59,622 nucleotides of DNA from Acidobacteriota bacterium (GCA_031414155.1 JANNUY010000037.1:1-59622); one strand, 5' to 3'. Positions 19,021-29,155 are shown, counted from the first letter of the stretch. Notes: generated by a model from the sequence alone, not told the origin. Numbers and translations: made by a program.

Positions 19021-20223
19021 CTAATTATGACGACAAAGTGCCAAATCAATTACTTGCTTAAGCTGAGACGATGCTCGTGGCATTGACCAATCACGTATCC
19101 GTTCCAGTGATTTTTGCTTAAGCGATTTCAACCTGACACGATCATGAGCAATAAAAGATAGAGCGGCAGCAATCTCTTCAACCGCGAAGCTCTGCAACAC
19201 AACACCGTTTTCCTTATCTACTAAATCTAACGTTGCCCCGCAATGTTGATGCGAAATAATCGCCAGCCCACTTGCCATAGCTTCATTAACTACCAACCCC
19301 CAAGGCTCTTCGCGCGCAGGTAAAATCAACGCATCCGACAACGCGTAATAAAGCGGCAGCTCGTTCTGCGTCGCTGCGCCGACAAAACGGATGTAAGAAC
19401 TCTGATCTGCCAGTCTTTCTAGTTTCTCTCGCTCCTCTCCGTTACCCACAATCAATAATGCGACTGGCAAGTTAGCCAGTCTCTGCAAAGCAGAGATTAC
19501 AGCTTGGATATTTTTTCGAGGGATTAAACGACCTACATAGATAAATACTGTGTGATCTTCCCAGCCCCATTCTCGCTTTAGCTTGGCAGCATTATCTTTC
19601 TGTTGAATTGCATTTTTTCTGAAAAATTCATTATCAACCGCGAAGCCTACGTGAAAAAGTCGCTCTGGCAATGCGCCGTATGCTTCCCAGAACATTCGGC
19701 AAGCAGTGCCTACCGTCACGATGGCCGAGGCACGCCGCGCCAGCCAGCCCAGCCAATGCCTTTTCACGAACCGTTTCCATCCTGAAGTCTTATCAGAGTA
19801 ATAGTTAGCGTCACCCGCGATGGCAAAAGGGGTATTCCGTAACAACGCCCAAGCAATCAAAAATAACTGCGGTAACTGCGTGTAACCATAAATCAGAAAA
19901 AAATCATATCTTTCTTTAAGCACCTGAAAGAAAAGCGCCCAGGCTGCGAACGCCTGTTGACTCTTCCAACCACCCGTATGCCGCGTCAGTATTGTATCTG
20001 CCGAGTTAGAAAAATGAGTAGCGTTTTGCGGCACCCAACCTACGCCTTCGTTCCAGGCAGAGATATAGCAAGTTTTTAACTTCCACTCGGCAGACTGGGC
20101 GAGCAAGGAAAAGACCGGAGAAAAATAAGGGGACAGCACATTACTCAATAGCAATCCCTGCTTTTGCTTCACCGTGGGCAAACGCTTATCCATAATTAAG
20201 GCATTAAGGCTGTCGGTGTTCAT
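19021..20223 (-). CDS. GT4 (GT-B) glycosyltransferase
   Basis: EPWGLVVNEAMASGLAII (EX7E). An alternative start at M11 (20193) would remove the 20-nt overlap with the upstream gene. Confidence 0.8.
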   Translation of the reverse strand: MNTDSLNALIMDKRLPTVKQKQGLLLSNVLSPYFSPVFSLLAQSAEWKLKTCYISAWNEGVGWVPQNATHFSNSADTILTRHTGGWKSQQAFAAWALFFQVLKERYDFFLIYGYTQLPQLFLIAWALLRNTPFAIAGDANYYSDKTSGWKRFVKRHWLGWLARRASAIVTVGTACRMFWEAYGALPERLFHVGFAVDNEFFRKNAIQQKDNAAKLKREWGWEDHTVFIYVGRLIPRKNIQAVISALQRLANLPVALLIVGNGEEREKLERLADQSSYIRFVGAATQNELPLYYALSDALILPAREEPWGLVVNEAMASGLAIISHQHCGATLDLVDKENGVVLQSFAVEEIAAALSFIAHDRVRLKSLKQKSLERIRDWSMPRASSQLKQVIDLALCRHN

Positions 20224-21148
20224 AGCGCCGACCTAATGTTTTACCGATTAAAACCTGAGAGAAATCATCCAGCAACTTGCCAGTAAAGGCCGCGTAATCA
20301 GAGCGAGAAGCTTGCTTTATTTTCAGACAGAGCTTCAGCGCCAACAAAGCTGTTGAAACAACGGCGTATCCCCACGCCTCGAGATAACTGTCAATTTTTA
20401 TTAAATAATGCACCGAGTTACGTTTCAGTAATAGCGCCACTGAACTGGTTTCGCTGTAGCCTGCTATTTTTTGTTCATGAATGACACTGTCAATGGGGAA
20501 ATAGGCGATTTCCCAACTCATCAAATTTGCCCGATAGGCCAAATCGGCATCTTCGATATACATAAACAACGACTCGTCGAATAAGCCGATTTGCTGCATG
20601 CATTCCGCACGTAATAACACACATACGCCATTGAGCATTTGCGCCCGAAGCGGTTCCCCGCCAGAAAGCTGCGCAAAATTTGGATTCCAACGGTACCTAA
20701 ACCAATGCAAAAGATTCCGCCAAAATGCAGGCGGAAATAAAATGGTATTTTGCACGGAATCAATTGAACGCAAGAATACTCGTGCGCCTGCGATACCAAT
20801 TTTGGGCTGCCGCTCTAGTTCAAACACTAAATCGTTCACAAAAGCTGGGTTCAATAACACCGTGTCAGGGTTAACGATTAAGACGTACTGACAGCCTTGC
20901 GCTAGCGCTGCTGCGATTCCCAGGTTGTTGCCGCCGGTATAACCGTCATTCGACTCAGCACATAACAGGTTACATTGAGGGAACTTATTTTTTACTAAGC
21001 TCACCGTGTTGTCGCTCGACACATTATCCACTACCCAAAAAATTGCATTGGGATAGCTCAACGTCGAAAAAGAACGTAAGCATCGCTCGATGATTGCCTC
21101 TGAGTTATAGGTCAAAACGATAATTGCGACTGACGGAGAAACTTTCAT
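20204..21148 (-). CDS. GT2 glycosyltransferase
   Basis: VAIIVLTYNSEAII...VVDNVSSDNT...NDGYTGGNN...YIEDADL. ATGA overlap with the upstream gene. Confidence 0.85.
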   Translation of the reverse strand: MKVSPSVAIIVLTYNSEAIIERCLRSFSTLSYPNAIFWVVDNVSSDNTVSLVKNKFPQCNLLCAESNDGYTGGNNLGIAAALAQGCQYVLIVNPDTVLLNPAFVNDLVFELERQPKIGIAGARVFLRSIDSVQNTILFPPAFWRNLLHWFRYRWNPNFAQLSGGEPLRAQMLNGVCVLLRAECMQQIGLFDESLFMYIEDADLAYRANLMSWEIAYFPIDSVIHEQKIAGYSETSSVALLLKRNSVHYLIKIDSYLEAWGYAVVSTALLALKLCLKIKQASRSDYAAFTGKLLDDFSQVLIGKTLGRRYEHRQP

Positions 21149-22089
21149 CGCCTAGCCAGTAACGCTGCGTCAATCAGATAGTTCTTGCGCTGAATTTTCT
21201 TTTTATACTTCCCTGAAACGATGACGGGAACCACGAGAAAAAGAGCCCCCAGCGATTCCAATAATCCAAGTCGGCATAATTCGAGAGCAGCCGCAGGTTT
21301 TTTGAATAACCAGCTTAAGGCGTCCTTAAATTTCGAAAGCGGAAGCGCGATAACCGCCAACAAGATTACGCGGCTAACCGGATGACTAACGGTATATCGC
21401 GGCCACCCCAAATAACCGTAGCGAAAACCCATAATTAGCACGTATTCCCAATGCCTTAGCTTTTTAATGACGGTTGACGCTGTTATCCGGCGACGCGGAT
21501 GGTAAACCACGGCGTCAGGTTGCCATGCAATATCCCCCCAAGGGCGAATTCGTGCGGCTAGCTCAACGTCCTCATAAGCGGGATAAGGAAAAGATTCGTC
21601 GAATCCGCCTGCCTTTAGCAATACATCGCGCCGGTAAGCGCAATTACAAGTGAGATAAACGCCGCCGTTTAAATTCGTCGGTCCTTCGCCTAACGCGCCA
21701 AACTCATCAGGCTTTTCTGCGGTAACTTTACCTTCTACCGCTACCGCTCGTGGGTTAGCTTGCAACGCCGCCATTAATTGCGCCAGCCACTCACGATCGG
21801 GCAACGTATCGCTATCTGTCATTGCCACAATCGGCGCGCGCGCATTTCTAATTCCTAAGTTGCGCGCGGCGGCTGGCCCTTTCGGCATTTGCCATAAATA
21901 AACCAAGTTCAACTTGGCTTGAAATGGCGTTAACGCAGATTTCAAACCTTCTGTTGAGCCGTCATCACATATCAGGATTTCGTAATCTTCCGCAGGAAAA
22001 GTTTGTTGCTGCATCGCCTCAAGGCAAGCAACTAACTCACGCTGTCGGTCGCGTGTCGGAATAACTACCGAGACCTTATATTGCCTCAT
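21145..22089 (-). CDS. GT2 glycosyltransferase
   Basis: VSVVIPTRDR...ILICDDGSTE...GPAAARNLG...TDSDTLP...YEDVEL. Confidence 0.85.
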   Translation of the reverse strand: MRQYKVSVVIPTRDRQRELVACLEAMQQQTFPAEDYEILICDDGSTEGLKSALTPFQAKLNLVYLWQMPKGPAAARNLGIRNARAPIVAMTDSDTLPDREWLAQLMAALQANPRAVAVEGKVTAEKPDEFGALGEGPTNLNGGVYLTCNCAYRRDVLLKAGGFDESFPYPAYEDVELAARIRPWGDIAWQPDAVVYHPRRRITASTVIKKLRHWEYVLIMGFRYGYLGWPRYTVSHPVSRVILLAVIALPLSKFKDALSWLFKKPAAALELCRLGLLESLGALFLVVPVIVSGKYKKKIQRKNYLIDAALLARR

Positions 22090-23005
22090 AGCCGTTGAGT
22101 TTCAGGCGATCAGCACGCCATTTGCGCCAAATAGCCAAGCTCTGGCGCAGGATTGATAATTGCATCCACGCCAGCGTCAGTAATTGAGCATATCGCATTG
22201 CCACCAAGGCTTCCTTCCCTTTAACTAAAAACGTTTGCGCGTAATTAATGAGGTTACTCACTATTGCCTGATTTGGCGCGGTAAGCGAGTAAATAAACTG
22301 GCTTTTATCGCACTGATAAGCACGCGCAACACGTTTATCTTCATCCGACTCCCACACGCCTCCACGCTGGTGATGGAAACGGCTTTGTGTAACCAAACCA
22401 GTAAGAAAGCCGTGGTGACGGGCACGGCGACAATAATCAAGTTCTTCGTAAAAAGAAAAATAAATAGAGTCAAATAAACCGACAGCTTCTAACACTTGAC
22501 GTTTGATCGCAAAACAGGAACCCTCGACCCATTCCATTTCCAGCCAACTGGGGCAATCTGTTTTATTTAATAACAAGGCTTGTTGCTCAGGCTTTAGGGC
22601 TGCGCGCGTCCAGCTATTCCACTCGTCGTTTTCATAGCTCAATTGCAGTGCGCCTAAAATGCCGAGGCTCGCTTCCTGTTCGCCAACTTCAATCAAACGC
22701 GACAGCCAGCCTGGCTTAACTTTAGTGTCGGGGTTGAGCAACACGACATAATCGGCTTGATAAGCCAGTGCGTGGTGAATCCCTACGTTGTTGCCCACTG
22801 AAAATCCTAAATTCTCTTTTTCAGCTAGCAACGTTACTTGCGGATAATAATCAGTAATTATTGCACAACTATTGTCAGTGGAAGCATTATCAACAACGAT
22901 TGCAGAAAAGTTTGTATAGTCTGTTCGCGTCAACGCATCAAGACACGGCGGCAACCAACGCGCACCGTTGTAATTCACAATCACAACAACCACACGCGGA
23001 GTCAC
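22076..23005 (-). CDS. GT2 glycosyltransferase
   Basis: VVVVIVNYNG...VVDNASTDNS...NLGFSVGNN...LNPDT...YEELDYC. GTG start overlapping the upstream TGA (GTGA). Confidence 0.85.
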   Translation of the reverse strand: MTPRVVVVIVNYNGARWLPPCLDALTRTDYTNFSAIVVDNASTDNSCAIITDYYPQVTLLAEKENLGFSVGNNVGIHHALAYQADYVVLLNPDTKVKPGWLSRLIEVGEQEASLGILGALQLSYENDEWNSWTRAALKPEQQALLLNKTDCPSWLEMEWVEGSCFAIKRQVLEAVGLFDSIYFSFYEELDYCRRARHHGFLTGLVTQSRFHHQRGGVWESDEDKRVARAYQCDKSQFIYSLTAPNQAIVSNLINYAQTFLVKGKEALVAMRYAQLLTLAWMQLSILRQSLAIWRKWRADRLKLNGYEAI

Positions 23006-24108
23006 GAGCGAACAGCCTCCTGCAGAAATAACGGCGCTGGGGTTTCCAATAATAATTTTTCAAATGCATTCACTGACCGTTCCCACGTGAAGCGGCCCAC
23101 AGATCGCTCGGCAGCCGTAGCTAAACGAACGCGCAGGCTGTCATTCGTCAGTACTTCATACAAACTTTCAGCCAATAAATCAGGCCGCCTTACTGGCACT
23201 AACAAAGCATTTTCTCCCGTTTGGGTAAAATCGCGGACGCCCTGATTGTCAGCAGCCACCAAAGCGCAACCGCACGCCATCGCTTCCAACGCGGGCAACC
23301 CCCAGCCTTCGCTAATGCTGGGGCATAAAAATGCGGCAGCATTATTATAAATTTCGCGTAACTTGTTTAGCCCGGGTTGCTGAACATATTCGCACCAATC
23401 AGGTGCGTTGGTTGGGCGTGGCTCGACACCAAATAATATAGCTTGTAACTCAGGAATGCGCTCCTTTACGAGTCGCAAGGCTTCTAGCCCATCAGGAGTT
23501 CCCTTAAAAGTAAGCGAATGTGTCATCATTGCTACGCGCGGCTGCCGACGTTCGGCAATTGAGTTAGTCGTATGAAACTCCGAGAAATTCAATCCGTAAG
23601 GAATATAGGCAGTTTCACCCGCAACACCTAACTCGCGCGCGATGTCGAATAACCATTGAGACACGACGATTTTTTGCAGGGGCAATTGCCAAGTAGCCCG
23701 CACACGCGTCGCGGTGCCATTCCAGTCTTCAAAATGCTGGATAAAATAATACTTGCGGCCTTTGGTGGTGTTACAGGCGTTCACGGCAAAAGCCGTTTCA
23801 AAGGCGGTGGCAATAATCACATCAGCATCGGGCAAGTAATGATCGCGCAAATCAGGTGTCAGTTTTACCTGGGCTTCAGGAACCAGCGGGAACCAGCCAA
23901 TTAACGGGCGATGCTGCCAGCGCAATTTCATCGGCCATAAATAACTTTTCGCCGTTTGAGTCCAGCCAGCTTGCGGTTTCAGGTTCCGCGGGTGAACCAC
24001 CGTCACCTGATGGCCGCGCGCCTGCAAACGATTGGCGTATTCATACACCATCTTAAAACCACCTGCCGGAGCCGCCACAAACATAGGTAACACAAAAGTT
24101 ATTCGCAC
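23002..24108 (-). CDS. GT4 (GT-B) glycosyltransferase
   Basis: (V)RITFVLPMF...EGWGLPALEAMACGCALV (EX7E). GTG start. Confidence 0.8.
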   Translation of the reverse strand: MRITFVLPMFVAAPAGGFKMVYEYANRLQARGHQVTVVHPRNLKPQAGWTQTAKSYLWPMKLRWQHRPLIGWFPLVPEAQVKLTPDLRDHYLPDADVIIATAFETAFAVNACNTTKGRKYYFIQHFEDWNGTATRVRATWQLPLQKIVVSQWLFDIARELGVAGETAYIPYGLNFSEFHTTNSIAERRQPRVAMMTHSLTFKGTPDGLEALRLVKERIPELQAILFGVEPRPTNAPDWCEYVQQPGLNKLREIYNNAAAFLCPSISEGWGLPALEAMACGCALVAADNQGVRDFTQTGENALLVPVRRPDLLAESLYEVLTNDSLRVRLATAAERSVGRFTWERSVNAFEKLLLETPAPLFLQEAVRS

Positions 24109-24118
24109 GTTTCTTTAG

Positions 24119-25012
24119 CTATGACCATCGCCTCAAAATAAGGGCGGCTAAAATCCAACGAATGACCAAAGGGTGACGGCTGTATTTTAACGCCGCGCCT
24201 GCCTTGCCTATAGCTGCGCGCCATTCGCGGCGACGCTTCCAGGCGTGCGCAGCGCGAATTTGCAGTCGCGCCAATAACTGCCCACGATTTACGCCCGTGC
24301 GTTGCCAGAGATCGGGATGTAACAATTCCACCGATTGCAAGGCGATGACGGCATCCCGTACGCCACGATTAATGTCATGGTTATCACCCACCAAGCTATT
24401 AGGCCGAAGCCGGTAATAAGCCAGCGGGCGTGCAATTCCGGCTAACTTAAACCGGTAAGAAACGCGCATCAGATATTCGTGGTCTTCAGCGCGTATCAGG
24501 CTTTCGTTCATTCCACCCACTAATTCACGACAATTGCGCCGCATCACAATGGTGTTAGTCGGAATACAATCGCCGTATAGCAATAACTTAAGATCAGGAT
24601 TTATTGTATAGCCTACTTTATCAGTAATCACACGATGCTTTCCCTGCTGCATCATTATCCATGATTCGGCGTAAACCAATCCGACCATTGGATATTGATC
24701 GAGAAAAGCGACTTGCGTCTCTAACAACTCAGGACGCCATAAATCATCACTATCCAGCCAAGCTATATATTCACCTTGCGCGTGTTGAAAGCCTAGGTTA
24801 CGTGCCGCAGACGGGCCTTTATTTTTTTGAGTGAAGATGCGCAAACGCGGCTCATAACTGCGCGCCAATGATAAAGTGCCATCTGTCGAACCGTCGTCTA
24901 TCACCAAGACTTCGTAATCCTGAAAAGTCTGAGCAAAAACGCTCTGCAAGGTTTCGGCGAGATAAGGTTCGGCGTTATACATAGGGATAACGACGCTAAC
25001 TTTAGGCGGCAC
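24119..25012 (-). CDS. GT2 glycosyltransferase
   Basis: VSVVIPMYNAEPYL...VLVIDDGSTDGT...GPSAARN...LDSDDLW. GTG start. Confidence 0.85.
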   Translation of the reverse strand: MPPKVSVVIPMYNAEPYLAETLQSVFAQTFQDYEVLVIDDGSTDGTLSLARSYEPRLRIFTQKNKGPSAARNLGFQHAQGEYIAWLDSDDLWRPELLETQVAFLDQYPMVGLVYAESWIMMQQGKHRVITDKVGYTINPDLKLLLYGDCIPTNTIVMRRNCRELVGGMNESLIRAEDHEYLMRVSYRFKLAGIARPLAYYRLRPNSLVGDNHDINRGVRDAVIALQSVELLHPDLWQRTGVNRGQLLARLQIRAAHAWKRRREWRAAIGKAGAALKYSRHPLVIRWILAALILRRWS

Positions 25013-25023
25013 AGGAAAGTGAG

Positions 25024-26043
25024 TCAGATGACAAACAAATCACGTTGAACGTACTGATTTAATAAATGCCGTTTGATTGCGCCCGCCGTCATACGAGTAA
25101 ACCGCATTGCCGGGTCGAGGCAAGCCAGATAACTTAACTTCGCTGCGCGATAAACTCTCGAACGTTCGTGATCGTGCTCAAATTCATTGAGTAACTTCAG
25201 CCATTTTTTGTGTCGCAGTTTTCGATCACACAGTGCGCGTAATGCGGGCGAAGAAAGCGTATGCCCGAATTTTTCCCATAATAGAAAATGCTCTGCCTCA
25301 AACCGTTCTGCCTGAGCGGTGGTTTTTGACGCAGCGTGCAAGCGAAAACGCGCGACGGCGTTCGTCAGATAATGGGCGTTCGGATATTTAGATAAATAAC
25401 GTAACGTCATCTCCCAATCAAAAACATAATGATAACGCTCATCAATCGCTCCGCATTCGAGCAGCGGCACGCGACGCAACCAGACGGCGGGCTGATGATA
25501 AATCGTATTCGGATGAAAACCGAGTAAGCCAGCCAACGTCAGATTTGCATTAGTTATGGGCTGCTCAGCGCCTTGCCCAAAATTTATGCAGGTAGCCGCA
25601 ACCACATCAGCCTGCGTTTCGGCAAAACTCTGTGCAATGACCGCTAAAGCACCGGGCATCAACAAGTCATCAGAATTAATCCAGTTAAAAATTTCGCCGG
25701 TCGCTCGTTGCAGCCCTTTGTTGATTGCGTGCGCTTGCCCGCTATCTTTTTCGCTAACCCAATAAGAAAGCCACGGCGCATAACGTTGAATAATAGATTG
25801 ACTCTCATCCTCGCTGCCGCCATCAATAACAAAATATTCTAAGTTGGGGTAATTTTGCAGCAAGACTGAGCGCAGAGTTTCTTCGAGGTACCTTCCTTGA
25901 CGATAAGAAGGCGTTACCACAGTAATACGCGGCCAGGGCGATCCATCCGACATCCGTGGCGGTAAAACAGGCGAAGTTTCAGCCCATGGCCATCCGTGTT
26001 TATCAACCGGCGGAATGGGTAATTGAGAAAGTAACTCAGACAT
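25024..26043 (-). CDS. GT2 glycosyltransferase with GWPW N-terminal extension (paralogue A)
   Basis: The ORF starts at GTG 26049, and ATG two codons in (26043) is more likely. HGWPW...ITVVTPSYRQGRYLEETLRSVLLQNYPNLEYFVIDGGSED...INSDD. Confidence 0.85.
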   Translation of the reverse strand: MSELLSQLPIPPVDKHGWPWAETSPVLPPRMSDGSPWPRITVVTPSYRQGRYLEETLRSVLLQNYPNLEYFVIDGGSEDESQSIIQRYAPWLSYWVSEKDSGQAHAINKGLQRATGEIFNWINSDDLLMPGALAVIAQSFAETQADVVAATCINFGQGAEQPITNANLTLAGLLGFHPNTIYHQPAVWLRRVPLLECGAIDERYHYVFDWEMTLRYLSKYPNAHYLTNAVARFRLHAASKTTAQAERFEAEHFLLWEKFGHTLSSPALRALCDRKLRHKKWLKLLNEFEHDHERSRVYRAAKLSYLACLDPAMRFTRMTAGAIKRHLLNQYVQRDLFVI

Positions 26044-26064
26044 TACCACTGATAAAAATAAAAA

Positions 26065-27012
26065 CTAAAGTAACTTCCGCCGCTCGCAATGCAATATTCC
26101 CGCTTGATCGTATGACACAAAGCGAGTGGCCTGTTGATAAAACGGCTTTAATGCATCCCGCCATTCCATTCGCTCATGCAAGCGAAGCTTCCTGAAAATA
26201 CGATAAGCGTAAGACAGCAATGAGTTTTCTTTACGGCCTAAACAAGCCCAGGCTTCCTGTTTATACAATACTGTTTGATGGGCGCTGCGTTGATCGGCGT
26301 GGTGCCGAAAGCAACCGAGCCGCGCGTCAAGCAAAGCCAAGTCGGCGTATGTAAAGAAACGTCGCCATAGGTCAAAATCATTCGCCATTCGCAACGACTC
26401 ATTCAGGTGACTGCCTGTCTTTTCCCATAAAGACTTCCGCCAAAACGTGGATTCCTGCTGGATAAAGTCGAGCGCAAAAGATTCAAACCCTAAATAACCG
26501 CCTGCCATAAAAAACGATTTAGAGAAGCCTGGGACAAAAGAAGCGTAAGTGCCTGTCTCTTCGCGGTAATGACCTTGTTGCGCAGCAGTCAGCCAGTTAA
26601 TTTCCGGGAAAGCCTGAAAGACCTGAGCAATGCGATGCAACGCTTGCGGGAAATAAAAATCTCCGGCGTTAATCCAAGCCAGAATTTCCCCCGTGCTACG
26701 GGCAAATCCTTTATTGAGCGCGTGTGCGTGGCCGCGATCTGGCTCACTGACCCAATAACTAATGAAATTGCTATAACGCTCAAGTATCTCGACCGTCCCA
26801 TCCTTGCTACCACCATCAATGACGATATATTCCAAATTCGGGTAGCCTTGTAACAAGACAGAGCGGATGGTTTCTTCTAAATAATGCCCGTGTTGAAAGG
26901 TTGGCGTCACGACGCTTATTTTCGGATAAGTTAATGTTGGCGAATAAATCGAAGGGCTATCATTTTCCCACGGCCATCCGGTTCTATTGACAGGCGCAGC
27001 AGGCAGTAACAT
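26065..27012 (-). CDS. GT2 glycosyltransferase with GWPW N-terminal extension (paralogue B)
   Basis: I moved the start to ATG 27012, which overlaps the TAA of the upstream AsnB by 1 nt (TAATG). TGWPW...ISVVTPTFQHGHYLEETIRSVLLQGYPNLEYIVIDGGSKD...INAGD. Confidence 0.85.
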   Translation of the reverse strand: MLLPAAPVNRTGWPWENDSPSIYSPTLTYPKISVVTPTFQHGHYLEETIRSVLLQGYPNLEYIVIDGGSKDGTVEILERYSNFISYWVSEPDRGHAHALNKGFARSTGEILAWINAGDFYFPQALHRIAQVFQAFPEINWLTAAQQGHYREETGTYASFVPGFSKSFFMAGGYLGFESFALDFIQQESTFWRKSLWEKTGSHLNESLRMANDFDLWRRFFTYADLALLDARLGCFRHHADQRSAHQTVLYKQEAWACLGRKENSLLSYAYRIFRKLRLHERMEWRDALKPFYQQATRFVSYDQAGILHCERRKLL

Positions 27013-28916
27013 TAAATAATAACATCGGCAAGATTGAGTCCAACCCAACGACTCAAAACATACAGACTCCACACGCGTGACCAGGTGAGCCGTTCCTGTT
27101 GAAAGTCATTCCATAAGGCCGTTAAAGCTGGAATATGCAAAAGGTGACGGAGCGGAGTTTCATTAAACTCACGCTCAACCTCAGTGCGCAACTCGTTACG
27201 CAACCAGAGCTTGAAAGGTAATTCAAACCCGCGTTTAGGACGACGCACAATCTCGTTGGGCAAATCAGCCACGGCATTAACTAATAATCGCTTAGGCTCA
27301 TTCACACGTACTTTCAAGTTACCGGGCACGCGCAACATAAACTCAACCAGCCGGTGATCAATGAGTGGCACGCGGACTTCAAGACTATGCGCCATGCTCA
27401 TTGTGTCAGTATCGCGTAATAATGTGTTACTCAAATATCCGCCTAGCTCCAACACTGACGCCTGATTAATTACATCAGGCGATAAAGCCGCTTGAGCTTG
27501 CCGCTGCAACCAGCTTTTTAGCGCATCGTCCTCGTACTCGCTTGCAGAACAAATACTGTTTAGCAGCAACGTTCGTTGCTGCTCATCGGTAAAGAGACGG
27601 CGTTGCAAAAATACCGAGTGATCATCGAGGTGCTCGCTACGTAACAAAGAACTTAACTTATGCGCACGGGTTGAGCCTGCCATCGCTCTTACCGCTGAAG
27701 CAGCAGCGCGGCGAACCAATGGTGGCACGCGCAGCAATTGGTGGCGCAGGCGTTCACTTTGCGTAATTCGCTGAAAGAACTTATAGCCTGCAAATACTTC
27801 GTCACCGCCTGCGCCCGAAAGAGCGACTTTTAAGCCTGCGGCAGCAACAGCTTCGCTAACGATGTAAGAGTTAAAACCGTCAACTGCTGGCTGATCGAGC
27901 GCAGCCAGCGCACGGGGTAATTTTGCGAGCAACTCAGTCTCGGTAACTGTGACGGTCTGATGTTCCGTGTTGAATTGACGCGCGATTTGTTCTGCGTAAA
28001 CGCCTTCGTTGAACTCAGTAGCGGGAAACGTAACGGAAAAACTTTTGATGGCGCTGTTAGTTGCGCGCCGCATGAGCGAGACGAGTGCGCTTGAATCAAT
28101 CCCTCCGCTCAGGAATACGCCGACCGGCACGTCTGAAACGAGGCGTAACTTAACGGCTTCGCCTAACAAGTTTTGTAATTCTTCAGTTAAGGTAGCTTCA
28201 TCCGTAGGGCAGCTACTGGCTTCGGCAGATAATTCCCAGTATGGCTCAGTGTGAATTCGCTCATCGGCGAACGTCAAAGAGTGACCGGGTAACAATGCGA
28301 ATACGTTCTCGATAATCGTAAGCGGCTGTTGCACTGAGCCGTAAGACAAATAACTTTCGATGGCGGCGTGAGAAAGGCGGCGCGGAACCAGTCCGGTAGC
28401 TAAGAGCGCACGCACTTCGGAAGCAAAGACAAATTGCTTGCCGTCATAAAAATAATAAAGCGGTTTGATACCTAAGCGGTCGCGCAACAACGTCAGCCGC
28501 CGCTCACGAGGTTGCCAAAAGCCAAGTGCGAACATGCCGCGCCAATCGGTGACGGCAGCCAAGCCTTGCGCACCAAGCCCTTGCAGGACGACTTCGGTGT
28601 CGCTGTTAGAACGAAAGCGATGGCCGCGCGCCGCGAGCGATGCACGGACTTCGTGAAAGTTGAAAACTTCGCCGTTATAGGTGACCCAGTTACCGGTGGC
28701 TTCATCGCGCATCGGTTGATGCCCGGCAGCAGAAAGATCAAGGATCGCCAAGCGGCGTTGACCGAAGGCAACCGTGAGCGGGTCGTCAGTGGAGGTCAGG
28801 AATTCGACGCCTTCGTCATCGGGGCCGCGATGCGTGAGGGCATCTGTGCCTTTTTGCAAAGCGTGCGTGATGGCGGTGCGCCGCTGATTAGTTACGATTC
28901 CAATAATTCCGCACAT
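27012..28916 (-). CDS. Asparagine synthase-like glutamine-dependent amidotransferase (AsnB family), copy 2
   Basis: I moved the start to ATG 28916 so the protein begins MCGIIGIV (obligatory Ntn Cys2). Has HRGPDD, RRLAILDL and SGGIDSS. Confidence 0.9.
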   Translation of the reverse strand: MCGIIGIVTNQRRTAITHALQKGTDALTHRGPDDEGVEFLTSTDDPLTVAFGQRRLAILDLSAAGHQPMRDEATGNWVTYNGEVFNFHEVRASLAARGHRFRSNSDTEVVLQGLGAQGLAAVTDWRGMFALGFWQPRERRLTLLRDRLGIKPLYYFYDGKQFVFASEVRALLATGLVPRRLSHAAIESYLSYGSVQQPLTIIENVFALLPGHSLTFADERIHTEPYWELSAEASSCPTDEATLTEELQNLLGEAVKLRLVSDVPVGVFLSGGIDSSALVSLMRRATNSAIKSFSVTFPATEFNEGVYAEQIARQFNTEHQTVTVTETELLAKLPRALAALDQPAVDGFNSYIVSEAVAAAGLKVALSGAGGDEVFAGYKFFQRITQSERLRHQLLRVPPLVRRAAASAVRAMAGSTRAHKLSSLLRSEHLDDHSVFLQRRLFTDEQQRTLLLNSICSASEYEDDALKSWLQRQAQAALSPDVINQASVLELGGYLSNTLLRDTDTMSMAHSLEVRVPLIDHRLVEFMLRVPGNLKVRVNEPKRLLVNAVADLPNEIVRRPKRGFELPFKLWLRNELRTEVEREFNETPLRHLLHIPALTALWNDFQQERLTWSRVWSLYVLSRWVGLNLADVII

Positions 28917-29155
28917 AGCTCGGCAGTTGACAGACTTGAAAAACACTTCCGCCGTCAAGCAACCATAAAGGAAACCTCGTGTCGAGGCAGCGATAATTTG
29001 TGACTGACCGCTTATCGAGTCTTAGTTACACCACAAGCTAGACAAACGCGCCGTCCGAAACTGCAACGGTTGCAGATGTCTGCGCCGCCACAAGAGTGTG
29101 TGTGTGGGAAATGCAAGGCAAGCCTAAAGGGGTTAAGCTAACTTGTTGTCAGGGA

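Noticed and set aside
29096-29106. A short (GT)5 microsatellite in the wzc-asnB intergenic region, with a nearby CTGCAAC-g-GTTGCAG palindrome at about 29061-29075.
   Set aside because: It is too short to argue for phase variation. The palindrome has only a weak T-tract and may at most be a leaky terminator.
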